Below are positions 34,911 to 47,734 of a stretch of 64,000 nt of DNA, piece by piece (the first letter of the stretch is position 1; every line of letters starts with the position of its first letter). Origin of the DNA: Macrostomum lignano. Its lineage: Eukaryota. The notes beneath the pieces were generated by a model. The model was not told the DNA's origin, ran no database searches, and saw only the letters and a program-made list of their open reading frames with translations. The translations under genes were made by a program, and so were the position numbers. The stretch covers positions 158,037 to 222,036 of the forward strand of contig NIVC01000501.1 in assembly GCA_002269645.1 (NCBI GenBank), written 5' to 3'.

Positions 34911-36703
34911 ACCTAAGACTTGTTTTAAATCTTTAATAAACTTGCTTTTGTTTGCTTGTTTCAAATTTTGGGTTAAAATAATTTAACCCAGGAAACTAAG
35001 ACATTGCCCTTAGCTTTTATTATTATATTTAAACTGAATTAAATAAGTAATAAGTTTTTTGTCTATTTAAATTTGGCTAGCTTAAAATTCTTTATAAAAT
35101 GACTTGTAGGACCACAAACTAAAATAAGAAGGGCAAATGAAGAAGGACCCTTACAATATTTTTAAGTTAGATTAGAACATGATGGCCATATGGCCTTAGA
35201 CTATATTTTAATATTTAATTAAAAAATAAAAAACATAGAATTACTTTTATATAGTAGGAGATTTTGTACATACAAATGTTTTATTTCAATAGTTTTATTG
35301 CTAGAATGCACTAAATATTTGCTATAAAAGTCACATCAATGGCACTGACAATGTCAATAGGCCTAACTTGAGATTGATAAGACATTTTATTCATAAAATA
35401 CTTTTAAAGTGAAATGAAACGAAACTATAATAAAACTGTAAGAGTTTTCAAAAAGTACAAATTTACCTAACCTAGCTGGTATATTTTGCAAATGCATAAA
35501 AAATATTTTACTGACTGGCTGGCACAAGGCACAATTTTGGAGGGAGCAGGCCAAAAGCAGGGCATGAGGCCATGAGCTACCCTGTGCCACAGGAAACTAA
35601 GGCTGTGGTTTCGTTAGGTTATTTTTCTGTGTAAGCATATGCAGAATAAATTTAGAATCTAAAAAGAATAATTAGCGGTCGACGGTATCTGTCTAAAGGT
35701 GCAAAACCAATAGAATTGATGAAAGTTTAAACTGGGCTGTTAAAAGATCATTATTTTGCTAGTCGTTTCTAGGAAAATGTAAACATCGTGTTATTCCTAT
35801 CATTTAAAAGAAATGCCTACAATTGGTAAAACAAAGTTTAAACTTTTTTTGTAAGTTGGGTCGTGAAAGTAACTGTAAATGTTTACTTATATGTTTTTTT
35901 AGTTTTAATTTAATAGTTTTTAAGACTGCAAATTTATGTCAACTATTGTAAGATGCATAGCTATAGCGACAGATAATTTAAATTGCAATTCTATTTACTG
36001 ATTAATCCAAGACCGATACAAGCTTTTAAAAATATTCCTCACGGGTCTACAGGCCACAGCTCCTAGTCAAAGACAAAAAAGCGTAAAAAGACTTTATAGA
36101 TTGTGCTTCAGCACACCATTGCATCTTGTTTATGCTATGCTATGTTAAAATTATCAAGCCACTATGTTTCTATCTTCGTAGAATATTTTTTAATTGTAAT
36201 ATTTTGAGATGTGTTGTTACGAGTAGCTATTTAAAAAAGTATAAGAAGCACATAGCCTTTAAGTGCGAGTCAAGACAAAAGTGTAGCGATTTTTCAATTT
36301 ATTTTTAATAAATGAAATAATAATATAACAATGATAACAAAACTCCGTAGAATACAATTTCTGGCAACATTTATCTAAAATTCTTACAAATAATACTTTA
36401 TAACTTTCCATTAAACAATACACACATGCTAATATTTTTATACATTTAGCAGTTTATACTAGGATTCAGGGTAATCAAGAACTTAATACAACCAAGAGAA
36501 ATGCAATAGACGTAAAATTAGGAAGTTCGCCAAGATAATCAAATCAAGGCAAATTACGACCTATTAACCTGACCCAATACTTTAAGTTGATTAGTTCGTA
36601 TATCTAATTTTAATGAACATTTAAGAGACGATTTGTTTATTTTCATTGAATATTTCAAAATCAACATTAAAAAAACATACTTTTCAGCTTCCCCTTCACA
36701 CAG

Positions 36704-39700
36704 ATGGCGTCAACCCTTGACAGCATTCGCCCGCCGCCTATATTGCCTCCACTTCGGGGCATCTATGCTGGCAAATATAAGGACAGAAATCCCGATTTGA
36801 AAACTGTAAGCATTGATATCACATATTATAAAAATTATAATATTCAGCTAAACAGCACAATCATATCAAATAAACTTAATACGATTCTAGGCTGGAATAG
36901 TCAGCGATGTTGGAGGAGACACTGCAGCTACCGCTACCAAAGAAATGGAACGTGTAAGTAGCTAATTAGTAGTATATTTCGCCTAGAACTGTCTGTGTAC
37001 ATAAATATTGTTTTAAACGAAATCCACAGGCCGAGTCGCCGGAACCTACAAAAAAGTTTCACCGAACTTTTCGCTCGGAGCCCGGCGAACGAATCGTGTT
37101 TTATGGCAAAGCCAGCGATCCGCAACTGCGCTGGGCGGAGCGCATGACTCACGGAATCAAGTATCCGAAAGGGTGAGTGGCTGAGTGCTGAGCACGGAGA
37201 GATAACGTAATACACGTTGCTTTTTTTCTATCCTCTCTACCATACGCTTATTGCATCGGATTAGGTGTGACTTGGGTTAACACACCTGGTTAGACAGGAC
37301 TATCACACCTGGTTGTACAGGATTATCCACCTGATTAGACGGGATTATCCACTTGATTAGACTGGATTATCGCACCTGATTAGATAGGAATATTGCTCCT
37401 GGTTGGATGGGATTATCACACCTGGTTAGACAGGATTATCGCAAGACAGGATTATCGCACCTGGTTAGACATGATTATCGCACCTAGTTGAACAGGATTA
37501 TCGCACCTAGTTAGACATTATTATCGCACCTGATTAAACAAGATTATCGTACCCCAACTAAAACTCTGTTTCAAACTAAAACTCGCCGCAGCGAGGGCGC
37601 GGGCGGTGTCCTGAACCCGACGCCGCTAACCTTCTACCAGCAGCGATTCATGGACCGCCTTGAAGCCGCTCAGGTGAACGCCAAGAAGCGACCGCTCGGC
37701 CGGTGCCCCGACGGCCGAGAGATGGGCCTGCTGCCGCAGAATCTGGACAAAGACAACACCACGTTCGGCATCACTGTGGAAAAGAGTGAGTCAACTGTAT
37801 AAGTGTATTAACGCTCTTGGGACTAAGACTTCCACGTCATAGGGCCATGCTTCGTGAATCTCATCATATTGAAGATTAGCAATTTCCAATAATCCAGGAT
37901 TCCATACTTTCATATCTGAATAGCCCAGATTTCTTGCTACTAGATAAAAAATTCGAGATTCCCAAAGTAAATATCACAAAATCCCAAACTAAAGATCCTC
38001 AAAATCCTAAACTAAAGATCCGAAAATCCGAAAGTAAAGATCACTAAATCTCTAAGTAAAAATCCCAAATTCCAAAAGCTAAGATCCCAAAAATCCCAAA
38101 GTACAGATCCCGAAAATCCGAAAGTAAAGGTGAGAAAATTCCAAACTAAAGATCCTCAAAATCCCATACTATAAATCCTCAAAATCCCATACTATAAATC
38201 CTCAAAATCCCATACTATAAATCCTCAATATCCCATACTATAAATCCTCAAATCCCATACTATAAATCCTCAAAATCCCTTACTATAAGATCCTCAGAAT
38301 CCCAAAGTAAATATCCCAAAATCAAAAAATCCCGCCAAACCGACCCACGCGCCCAGTCGGTTCAGCTGGCGAGCTGCTCAACCCGTCTGCCACGCCAATC
38401 GAACTGGCCACGGAGGCGGCCAGCGACGCGAACACCTACCTGGTGTCGCACAAGGCCCTGCTGGCCGGAGAACAGGCCAGCCGCGGCTACAATTGGCGAC
38501 TAAAAGACGCCGGCGGCGCCAAACGCTGGGGCAAGCCGACGCCGCACGACAACACCGGGGGCGGCACGCGCAAGTGCATGAGCTGGATAGGGGACGAAGC
38601 GGCGGCCAGGCGGGAGGCTCTGGTAGACAAACGGCTGGATGATTTTCGAGAGCGAACTCAGCATCAGTTGGGCAAGAATCTGGATCCGTGAGTTCCATAT
38701 TCATAAATTGATCCCCTATTCATAAATTGAGCCCATATTCATAGATTGATCCCATATTCATAAATTCATCTCATATTCAAATGGATTTCAAATTTAGATT
38801 AAGACCAAGTACTATTCATGTCATATATCAGTATTCCATTGATCGCATATATTCATATAAATGTGCATATATTTAAATACCATTGATCGTATTGATCTGA
38901 TTATTGATCCCATTGATCATTAATCAGTATTCCATTGATCGCATATATTCATATAAATGTGCATATATTTATCCCAAAAATATTCCACAATAAATGGTTC
39001 TCTAAGTACGTCAAAAATGAACTCTACCTGCGTTTCTCTTAACTTCCCTATGTGCAGCATCAAGGACACGATGAAGGTGCCGCCGGACCACACTTTCGGC
39101 GTCCTGCACAAGCCCGATCCCTACGGAGTCGGCGACCTGTTGCACGGTCGGGCGCCCAAGCATTTCCTTCGCGGCGAGGACCGGCGCCGTGCTCTGGTCG
39201 CCGCGCTGCGCACCCAACTGAAAACTATGAACTACGAGCGCTTCAAAGATCTTGAAGACGCGTTCCGATTCTACGACAAGTCCGGCTCCGGCAAGTTGAG
39301 CGCTGACGACATTCGCGCCGCCTGCCGAGAGATGAGCGTGCCGCTGGACGACTCGCTGCTCGAACAACTTATCGACTTCTGCGACGTCAACGGCGATGGG
39401 CTAATCGACTATCAGGAGTTTGCCAACTTCCTCAACTGGAGAGATATTAGTGAGTATGATGAGGTTTTAGTATGGAAAGACTAGCAATCTGCGCCCCGGT
39501 TGAGGCCGAGGCAACAAAGAAAGAAATGGGAATTTTCGAATAAACAACATACAGGTCTTGAGCTAGTATATATTAATTGCAATCGTTGATTTCTTTGGTA
39601 TGGAATTTGACTAGCCCCCCGTCCTTAATTGGAGTGGTGATTTTAGTATAGAAGACTAGCCAACCCCCCCATTGAAGTGGTGATTTTAGTACAGAAAGAT

Positions 39701-41819
39701 TAGCCAACCTCCATTAGGGTGGTGATGTTAGTATATAAAGACTAGCCAACCCCCCCATTAGATGGGTGATTTAAGTATAGCCAACCCCCCCCCCCATTGG
39801 AGTGGGGATTTCAGTATAAAAAGACCAGCTCTTCTACCCCTCTGAAGAAGCATCCAAGAGAGAGATTCCATCATTTAAACGCGTAAAATCAGTGCCAGCC
39901 CAATTAGAAGTGTAAACTCGGCATCTTTATCACGAGCTCAGCAATAAGTAATTTTCTAATTCAATGCTCCAAGTTGGTTACTATCAGTAAAGTAGAAGCA
40001 GTCTTAAAATAAGACTTTAATTTTCGCATTAGAATGTGCATGTTTCAATATCTTGAAACAATACGTTCCTCATCCGTTTCTGCTAATTACTATGAATAGA
40101 TTAGATCTCGTCCTGGTACAGCTAGATTAGACTTATAGGGCTAGATTTGCCCGTTAAGAACACTGATCAGGTTCTATTTTGTTTGAATCGACGCAAATTG
40201 CATAGCAAATAAGCTCAAAAAGAGAACAGACAACTGCGGAAGTAATCAGCTCGATGTCAATGCAGCAATGCCTTAGAATTATTGAGTGTAGCATTTCGTG
40301 TTGCCTTTTGACAAGAGGAAACTAATTTCCCGTCAAGAGAATCCCAGGCCTCTTCGAATTGCTGTGCATTGTACACTCTACTTTAGCTGCAATTGTCACT
40401 AAGAGTAATAAACCTCTCAGAACAAAATGATTGACACACAGACACGTAGACACATTAGCCTGTTAGGTAATATTGGGTCAATGAGTCGCGGAGATATAAT
40501 TTTAGTATTCTAATTTTTGACCCACTACTGACCCACACCCAACCCTTGACCTACTCAGGCGTCCGCTCCCAGTCGGACTACGGCAAGCGAACTCTAGACA
40601 GCGAGGCGCGGCTCGCTCGCCAAATCGACGAGTCGATCTCGGCTCACAAGACTACCAACAGCATGTACTCGGCCGCTGTTGGCCGCTACGATCCAACCAG
40701 GTTTCGAACCTACGGCTGCGCCACCATCCGCTCCGACCTACCGGCCCCGGCCGTGCGCAGCGTGTCGGATCGGAGGGCCTACGGCAACGAGGGCGACGCG
40801 GCCTCCTGCCTCAATCCGAGCATCTTCACGTCGCACGGCGTGTTTGAGCACGATCTCAAAGCGCCTAGATCGGCGGAGGAGGTCCGTTTTAGCGATTGCG
40901 TTTCCCTGATTGGGCGGAATTGGATGGGGGTTGGATGGAAGAGAAAGGAGAGAAGAGAGTGGAGACAGAAAAGACAGGAGAGAGAAAAGAGAATGGAGAA
41001 GAGAGAGAAGACATGAGAGAAGAGACAGGAGAGAAGAGAGAAGAGAGAGGAGAGAGGAGAGAAAAGACAAGAGAGAAGAGAGAAGAGAGACGAGAGAAGA
41101 GACAGGAGAGAAGAGACAGGAGAGAGAAGAGAAGAGACAGGAGAGAGGAGAGAAGAGACAGGAGAGAGAAGAGAAGAGACAGGAGAGAGGAGAGAAGAGA
41201 GGAGAGACAGGAAAGAAGAGAAACGAGAGAAGAGACAGGAGAGGGGAGAGAAGAGAGAAGAGACAGGAGAGAGGAGAGAACAGAGAGGAGAGAAGAGAGA
41301 GGAGAGAAGAGAGAAGAGACAGGAGAGAAGAGACATGAGAGAAGAGACAGGAGAGAGGAGAGAAGAGACAGGAGAGAAGAGACATGAGACAGGAGATAGG
41401 AGAGAGAGAGAGAAGAGATGAGAGAAGAGAGAGAGAAGACAGGAGACAAGAGACAGGAGAGGGAGACACGAGAGAATAGAGAGGAGAGAATAGAAAAGCC
41501 TTACTCTTTACTCTTAAGAGTAATAGTTTAGGATTTCAAAACTAACTTCAAATTCGAAATTTGCTCGCAATGTGAGAAACTTTGAAGCTTTGAAGACACC
41601 TGCTAAGCATTCAGTTTCAATTTCTGCCTCTGTTTCCGCGCAACCACCTCGCAGATATCTGGCATCTTCTCGGCGGCCGGCATCAGCCTGGACGACAGTC
41701 TAGTTCGTCGAGCATTCGATTTGGCGGGCGCTGACCGGCTGGGCATTGACGAGTTCCGCAAGGTTTGGGCCCGGGCCGCGGCTGAAGATGCGGCCTCCAA
41801 CACCGAGGGCTGCTGCTGA
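36704..41819 (+). CDS. EFHB: EF-hand domain-containing family member B (CFAP21), ~570 aa, 8 exons
   Basis: Exons 36704-36805, 36891-36953, 37030-37172, 37592-37785, 38357-38687, 39058-39449, 40559-40881, 41655-41819 = 1713 nt in frame. VFYGKASDP, RPLG, DDFRERTQHQLGKNLDP, TFG...YGVGDLLH, two EF hands (FYDKSGSGKL, CDVNGDGLIDYQEFANFLNW), GCATIRSDLPAP, GVFEHD. Confidence 0.93.
37262..37550. repeat. ~23-bp minisatellite in EFHB intron 3 (CACCTGGTTAGACAGGATTATCG)
   Basis: Degenerate direct repeats. Confidence 0.85.
37950..38330. repeat. AAAATCCC-core tandem array in EFHB intron 4
   Basis: Degenerate units such as AAAATCCCATACTATAAATCCTC. Confidence 0.8.
38695..38970. repeat. ATTCATAAATTGATCCCAT-type array and local duplication in EFHB intron 5
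   Basis: Short degenerate repeats plus a duplicated ATCAGTATTCCATTGATCGCATATATTCATATAAATGTGCATATATTTA block. Confidence 0.75.
39470..39820. repeat. ~41-bp degenerate array in EFHB intron 6 (GTGGTGATTTTAGTATAGAAGACTAGCCAACCCCCCC)
   Basis: About 5 copies. Confidence 0.75.
40940..41495. repeat. Purine-rich GAGAA/GAGAG/GACAG array in EFHB intron 7
   Basis: Low-complexity tandem run. Confidence 0.92.
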
Positions 41820-42919
41820 ATTTCAACACTTAACTGAGTTTTAACAAAATGACGAAAAGAGTAAAAAAGTAAATGTTTTATAATACTATTATATTTCGTT
41901 AATTACATGTTAAAAACATTATTTTTCACATGTTATGCTTCAATTTTAACTTGAAATTTTTAGCAAAAAATCAACTATTTCAGAGTCGGGATCCGCGGGA
42001 AGTTAAGGAGAATGTTAGAAAGGATTTATTAACATTACTGTACATTTATCGTGCATGTAATCTAAAAAGCTATTAAAGTTTTGTCCTGCCTTGTCCTTTT
42101 ATCGTGCCCTACTTCTATTAACTTATTTAACTTTACAAGCTAATATATAATTACTATTGTTTGTCCATAAACTGTGAGACCCTATATTTAATTATTGCCT
42201 ATTAATTAAATACATGCAGGTCCAAGAACAGAATTTACTTTTGGCTTTGATGAAGATTGTTTGCAAGTACAGCATAAATAAGATTTTGGTATGAAAAATA
42301 TGATAAATGGATTTATTAATGAATTGTTTATTCACTTTCTTCACGAGTTTCCACGTGTTATTAAAGCAATGAAATTACCAGTACGAATCAATATAAAGTA
42401 AGCAGCAAAATTCAGAAAAGTTCAGAGCTGTGATTTACTATTTTTTTGCTTGCAACTCAGGTAGGTAATCATAAAGTAGAAGAACATATTCACACTGATG
42501 GAAAGAATGGGATGCACTCATACGTATAATGGAGCGATAAAATTGTTAAAAAATAAGTTATTTTATGGGTTAGTTACTTTGTGTGGAAGGTACTTTTCAG
42601 GTCTTTCTTTCGCTCCACCAGCTATGATCTATTTATAGAAACAATTTTATAGTCACGTAAGTTGCTATATATAGAAACAACCTAGTGACGTAAGTTGCTA
42701 TTTATAGAAACAAACTAATGACACAAATTTTTATGAAATAACCACGGGACGTAAGTGCACTAGCTATTTTATGAAAATGACTCAATGACATCTGCTGAAA
42801 AGCATCATCCTACCCGAAAATAGTGAAGTTTAAACAGGTACACGGAGAGCGATGACTTAATACTGGCAGTAAGACTTCTACGTGCATCGTACATTCATGT
42901 ACACTGTCTGTATTAATCG

Positions 42920-45873
42920 TCAAATAGAATTTCTCTTCAACAGGCAAGCGTAGGCGTGCAGGCAGCGCATCACGAACAGGTAGTGCGCCTCGTTGGCCAC
43001 AGCCAGCGGGCACTGCCGCCTGAGTCCGGCCGCCAATCTGAGCAGGTCGCAGGACGCCACTCCGCCTCCGCCTCCGGCGTCCGTTAGTCGAGTCCGCTTT
43101 GCTGCCAGCAGCAGCAGCGGCAGCAAGCTCGCCTCCGAGAGTCCCCGCCCGATCGCGGCCGTTGGCGTCGCCGATGTCGTCGGCTGGTTGGCGGCGCAGG
43201 CGTGCGCAAACCGGACAAACTCGGCCGGGGAAGCTGGCGAACTGTCCGGGCTGCGGCTCAAGCCGCCGGCCAGCTGGCACACTCGGATGCGCTTGCTCAG
43301 GTTGCTGTCCAAGCAGTGCATGGTGGCCGTGGTCACCGAGTGGCAGGGGAAGCTGCTGCGCGCCCAGCCGGTCAAGTAGAACCTGGACGATGATGTCGAA
43401 GTTGTCGATCGACTTTCCAGCCAGCCGACAAAGCCCGGGTCCAGCGACACGGCGGCGCCGCCGCAAGCCCAGAGCAACTCCAGGAAGCGTTCGTTATCGT
43501 TGTCGCCGTGGCCGGAGGCGTCCGCCAGCACGAAAGAGAGCCCGGTCTGTCCAGGCTGGCTGGAGGCGTCACCGACCCAGTAGAATGCCGCCGCCGTCGC
43601 TGCTGACGCCGCATCGCTGCCACCAGCTGGCGATCCGAGCCGACTAAACTGTCGGCGAGCTTCGGCCTCGTCGACGTCGCCTACCGCGCGAAATCGCGTC
43701 ACCCGCGACGGCAGCGCACCGTTAGCTTCGTCGTCGCCTTTCATCGCTGTGAAGTCGCTATCATCGTAGTCGGGATTGTAGGCGAGATTCAGCCATCCCA
43801 TGCTGGATAGCCGCGGTCCCGCAGGCAGCGGCGGGCGGACAATCCAGCTGGCAGCCGTATGTGCTTGCATCGGCTGAAGCTCCAGCTCGACAGTCGTCTC
43901 AGACTTAGGCTGCTGCTGTTGCTGCTGTTGGTCCCTGCGCAGTTGGACCTGAGGCTCACAAGATGTGGCTCTGCCCAATATGCGACGAGTGATGAGTACA
44001 ATTAGTTTGTTTATCTTTGTTGCTTTAGCGGACTCTAGACTCCCTCCTAACTGCAATAATCCTAACTCCTCTTTTGGAACCTTTCTACTCCTCCCGGCAC
44101 CCACCTCACGCCGTAGCTTTCCACACCCTCATTCTATACTATTTCTACCCCTCCCAGCACCCACCTCACGCCGTAGCTTTCCACACCCTCATTCTATACT
44201 ATTTCTACCCCTCCCAGCACCCACCTCACGCCGTAGCTTTCCACACCCCCATTCTAAAACATTTCTACCCTCATCTTATCTTTTTTTCTCGTCACCTTAA
44301 TTTTTGCACTTTAACATTCGTTCAGACCGTTCTCACCCATCAGATGTGCACTCTTGCTGCTGCTGCTGCCGTTGCTGCTCCTTCACCCGTTGCCGCTTGA
44401 CCAGAACAACAGCCGCAAGCGCCGTGAAGGCGACGAAGGCTACAAAAACAACAGTGGATGCGATGGCTGCCATCTCGCTTCCGCGACTTGAAGCTGGAGA
44501 ATTATCGCCGGGCGAGGGACAGCTCCCGTTGCCATCGATGATACAGTCCCCTCTGGCCCAGAATGTAGCGTTGAACTTGGCGCAATCGCCTAAGCCTGGC
44601 AGACTGCTGATGCCGGTTCGAAGTCTAGCGGCTTCTTGTTGGAATGCCGCCCTGTTGGCCGGGTCGGCCAGCTCACCGGCTGGCGTGAGCAGGTCCAGTC
44701 GGACGAGGTAAACTGAGGCCTCGGTGGTGGATTCGCTGTCTGAAAAAAACGCGTTCAGAATATTGCGATTCTAGAATTAATGGCATTCTCTTTTGATGCT
44801 AAAGTATTTGTAGAGCTTTAGGGAACCTAGGAGCTATTCTAAGGGGAGGGCGATTCTCGGAAAGAGAGGTTCTCGGGTGGGGCGATTCTTGGGGAGGGCG
44901 ATTCTAATAGAGGGTGATTCTAATGGAGGGCGATTCTAATGGAGGGGGATTCTAAGGGAGGGCGATTCTAATGGAGGGCGATTCTAAAAGAAGTTGATTC
45001 TAATGGAGGGGGATTCTAAGGGAGGGCGATTCTAATGGAGGGCGATTCTAATGGAGGGGGATTCTAATGGAGGGCGATTCTAATGGAGGGCGATTCTTAT
45101 GGAGGGCGATTCTAATGGAGGGGGATTCTAATGGAGGGCGATTCTTATGGAGGGCGATTCTAATGGAGGGGGATTCTAATGGAGGGCGATTCTAATGGAG
45201 GGCGATTCTAATGGAGGGCGATTCTAATGAAGGGCGATTCTAATGGAGGGCGATTCTAATGGAGGGCGATTCTAAGGGAGGGCGATTCTAATGGAGGGCG
45301 ATTCTAATGGAGGGGGTACTATTGGAGGGCGATTTTAATGGAGGGCGATTCTAATGGAGGGGGATTCTAATGGAGGGCGATTCTAATGGAGGGGGATTCT
45401 AAGGGAGGGCAATTCTAATGGAGGGCGATTCTAATGGAGGGCGATTCTAATGGAGGGCGATTCTAATGGAGGGGGATTCTAAGGGAGGGCGGTTCGGAGG
45501 GCGAGGTGAACATGGATCACAAACACACGCAGAACAGCTATAGCCCCGGCAACAGCCCCAATCCTATACCTTTAAGAAGCCCACCGCTCGCTGCCAGACA
45601 GGCAGGGGTGCTCGGCGAACTGTTGAAGGTCTGGTCGCACGCAGCCATCTGGTGACTCAGTTCTGCCAGGCTGGAGTTCACCCGCTGCCACACCTTGGGC
45701 AGGTACTGAACAGCGAATTCGTTGCCATGCTGAGACGGGCATTCGAATAGCAATCGAATACTTCGGTCTAATACCATTCTGTGACCTGTGCCGGTTGGTC
45801 TGGCAGCCACAGAACTGGCCAACAACAGACACACGATGGTCAGTTGCTGTGAAATTGAACTATTGGCAGCCAT
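42920..45873 (-). CDS. Type I membrane protein with a degenerate cytoplasmic protein-tyrosine-phosphatase-like domain (receptor pseudophosphatase), ~585 aa, 3 exons
   Basis: Exons 45873-45570, 44739-44337, 43970-42920 = 1758 nt in frame. Signal peptide (MAANSS...LLLASSVAA), 6-Cys ectodomain, TM AIASTVVFVAFVAFTALAAVVLV followed by KRQR, then PTP-like remnants in order (YNPDYDDS, RFLELLW, SPDSSPASPAEFVRF, TAAIGR, LRRQCPLAVANEAHYLFVMRCL). The gene model is well supported; the PTP assignment is moderate. Confidence 0.72.
44085..44270. repeat. 60-bp x3 tandem repeat in intron 2 of the PTP-like gene
   Basis: CCCACCTCACGCCGTAGCTTTCCACACCC... recurs at 44101, 44161 and 44221. Confidence 0.9.
44842..45492. 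repeat. 16-bp minisatellite in intron 1 of the PTP-like gene (GGAGGGCGATTCTAAT)
   Basis: About 40 direct copies. Confidence 0.93.
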
Positions 45874-46296
45874 TATAAAAATAAATAATCGGCTCTTGCT
45901 ATATCGCTTTTTTCCCGGGGCTTCTTTGCTGCTTTTTTGAAGCAAGTTTTAAATTGCTTTCGCCATATAGGCTGGTGCAAAAAGCCGCTGCCAGCAGAAG
46001 GCCGAGATAAGATCCGCTTGATAAACCACAGCTCATGCACAAAAGCAAAAACTTTCGCCCTAAAGTGGGGCTATTCGGTTTTGTAAGCTGCAGTGTTTTT
46101 AGGCATTTTTAAAAAGCCATCTGATATTTGATTGCAGAGCTATTTTAGTGCATTACTGGCAGGCCCCAATGACATTAATATTTAATATGAGCAAACAGGA
46201 TTATTGGCCTCTCAAGTCAACTTATTTACAGGTGGTGACCTTTCTGGAAACAGATATTGTGTTTCTAATTTTTTAGTTCAGATTATGTTATGCACA

Positions 46297-47295
46297 GTTG
46301 TTAGACAGGGTAGGGTGGCACCTGTTAGACAGGGTAGGGTGGCACCTGTTAGACAGGGTAAGGTGGCACCTGTTGGACAGGGTAGGGTGGCACCTGTTAG
46401 ACAGGGTAGGGTGGTACCTGTTAGACAGGGTAGGGTGGCACCTGTTAGACAGGGTAGGGTGGTACCTGTTAGACAGGGTAGGGTGGCACCTGTTAGACAG
46501 GGTAGGGTGGCACCTGTTAGACAGGGTAGGGTGGCACCTGTTAGACAGGGTAGGGTGGCACCTGTTAGACAGGGTAGGGTGGCATCTGTTAGACAGGGTA
46601 GGGTGGCACCTGTTAGACAGGGTAAGGTGGCACCTGTTGGACAGGGTAGGGTGGCACCTGTTAGACAGGGTAGGGTGGCACCTGTTAGACAGGGTAGGGT
46701 GGTACCTGTTGGACAGGGTAGGGTGGCACCTGTTAGACAGGGTAGGGTGGCACCTGTTAGACAGGGTAGGGTGGCACCTGTTAGACAGGGTAGGGTGGCA
46801 CCTGTTAGACAGGGTAGGGTGGCACCTGTTAGACAGGGTAGGGTGGCACCTGTTAGACAGGGTAGGGTGGCACCTGTTAGACAGGGTAGGGTGGCACCTG
46901 TTAGACAGGGTAGGATGGCACCTGTTAGACAGGGTAGGGTGGCATCTGTTAGACAGGGTAGGGTGGCACCTGTTAGACAGGGTAGGGTGGCACCTGTTAG
47001 ACAGGGTAGGGTGGCATCTGTTAGACAGGGTAGGGTGGCATCTGTTAGACAGGGTAGGGTGGCACCTGTTAGACAGGGTAGGGTGGCATCTGTTAGACAG
47101 GGTAGGGTGGCATCTGTTAGACAGGGTAGGGTGGCACCTGTTAGACAGGGTAGGGTGGCATCTGTTAGACAGGGTAGGGTGGCATCTGTTAGACAGGGTA
47201 GGGTGGCACCTGTTAGACAGGGTAGGGTGGCATCTGTTAGACAGGGTAGGGTGGCATCTGTTAGACAGGGTAGGGTGGCACCTGTTAGACAGGGT
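46297..47295. repeat. 24-bp G-rich minisatellite (GTTAGACAGGGTAGGGTGGCACCT), ~41 copies
   Basis: Highly homogeneous tandem array; explains ORFs 46204-47349. Confidence 0.97.
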
Positions 47296-47734
47296 GGAAT
47301 ATCACCTTTAAAAGTCACTGAGTCCTTCAAGCGTCTCAACCCCCATTGAGCGCCTTGCTCAGAAACTCGTGCTTGAAGAAAGCCGATTCAGAAGTGACAT
47401 GCATAAAAATACACGCGAATAGGTCGTGTCCCGATTTGAACCCTGGCAGCCAAGGTTGCCATACAGATAGCCACCAATGCCCTATTGCGGAGTACACACA
47501 GCATGCAGATGACCCGTTTAAATAGTGCAGTTCTTTATCTGGCCTGGCAACAAATTCAAGGCTCAGCACTTTTCGAACTCGAAGCGTTACATTTTGATAT
47601 TTTTGTTAGTCCTATGGTTTCCTTTATTTAGCGACATAGAAAAAATAAACCAGACAAAAGAATATCCAACATTACAGATAGAAATTTGTTTGCTGACTCC
47701 AGATGGAGCTCATGCAACTGGATCACTGGCTCAA

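Noticed and set aside
39815-39915. Possible extra EFHB exon in intron 6
   Set aside because: The candidate acceptors tested give in-frame stops in the required phase; exons 6 and 7 join directly in phase 1.
46297-47295. Interstitial telomeric repeat
   Set aside because: The unit contains TTAG and GGG separately but no TTAGGG run.
46204-47349. 337-381 aa ORFs in three frames
   Set aside because: An 8-residue period from a 24-bp stop-free unit; not a gene.
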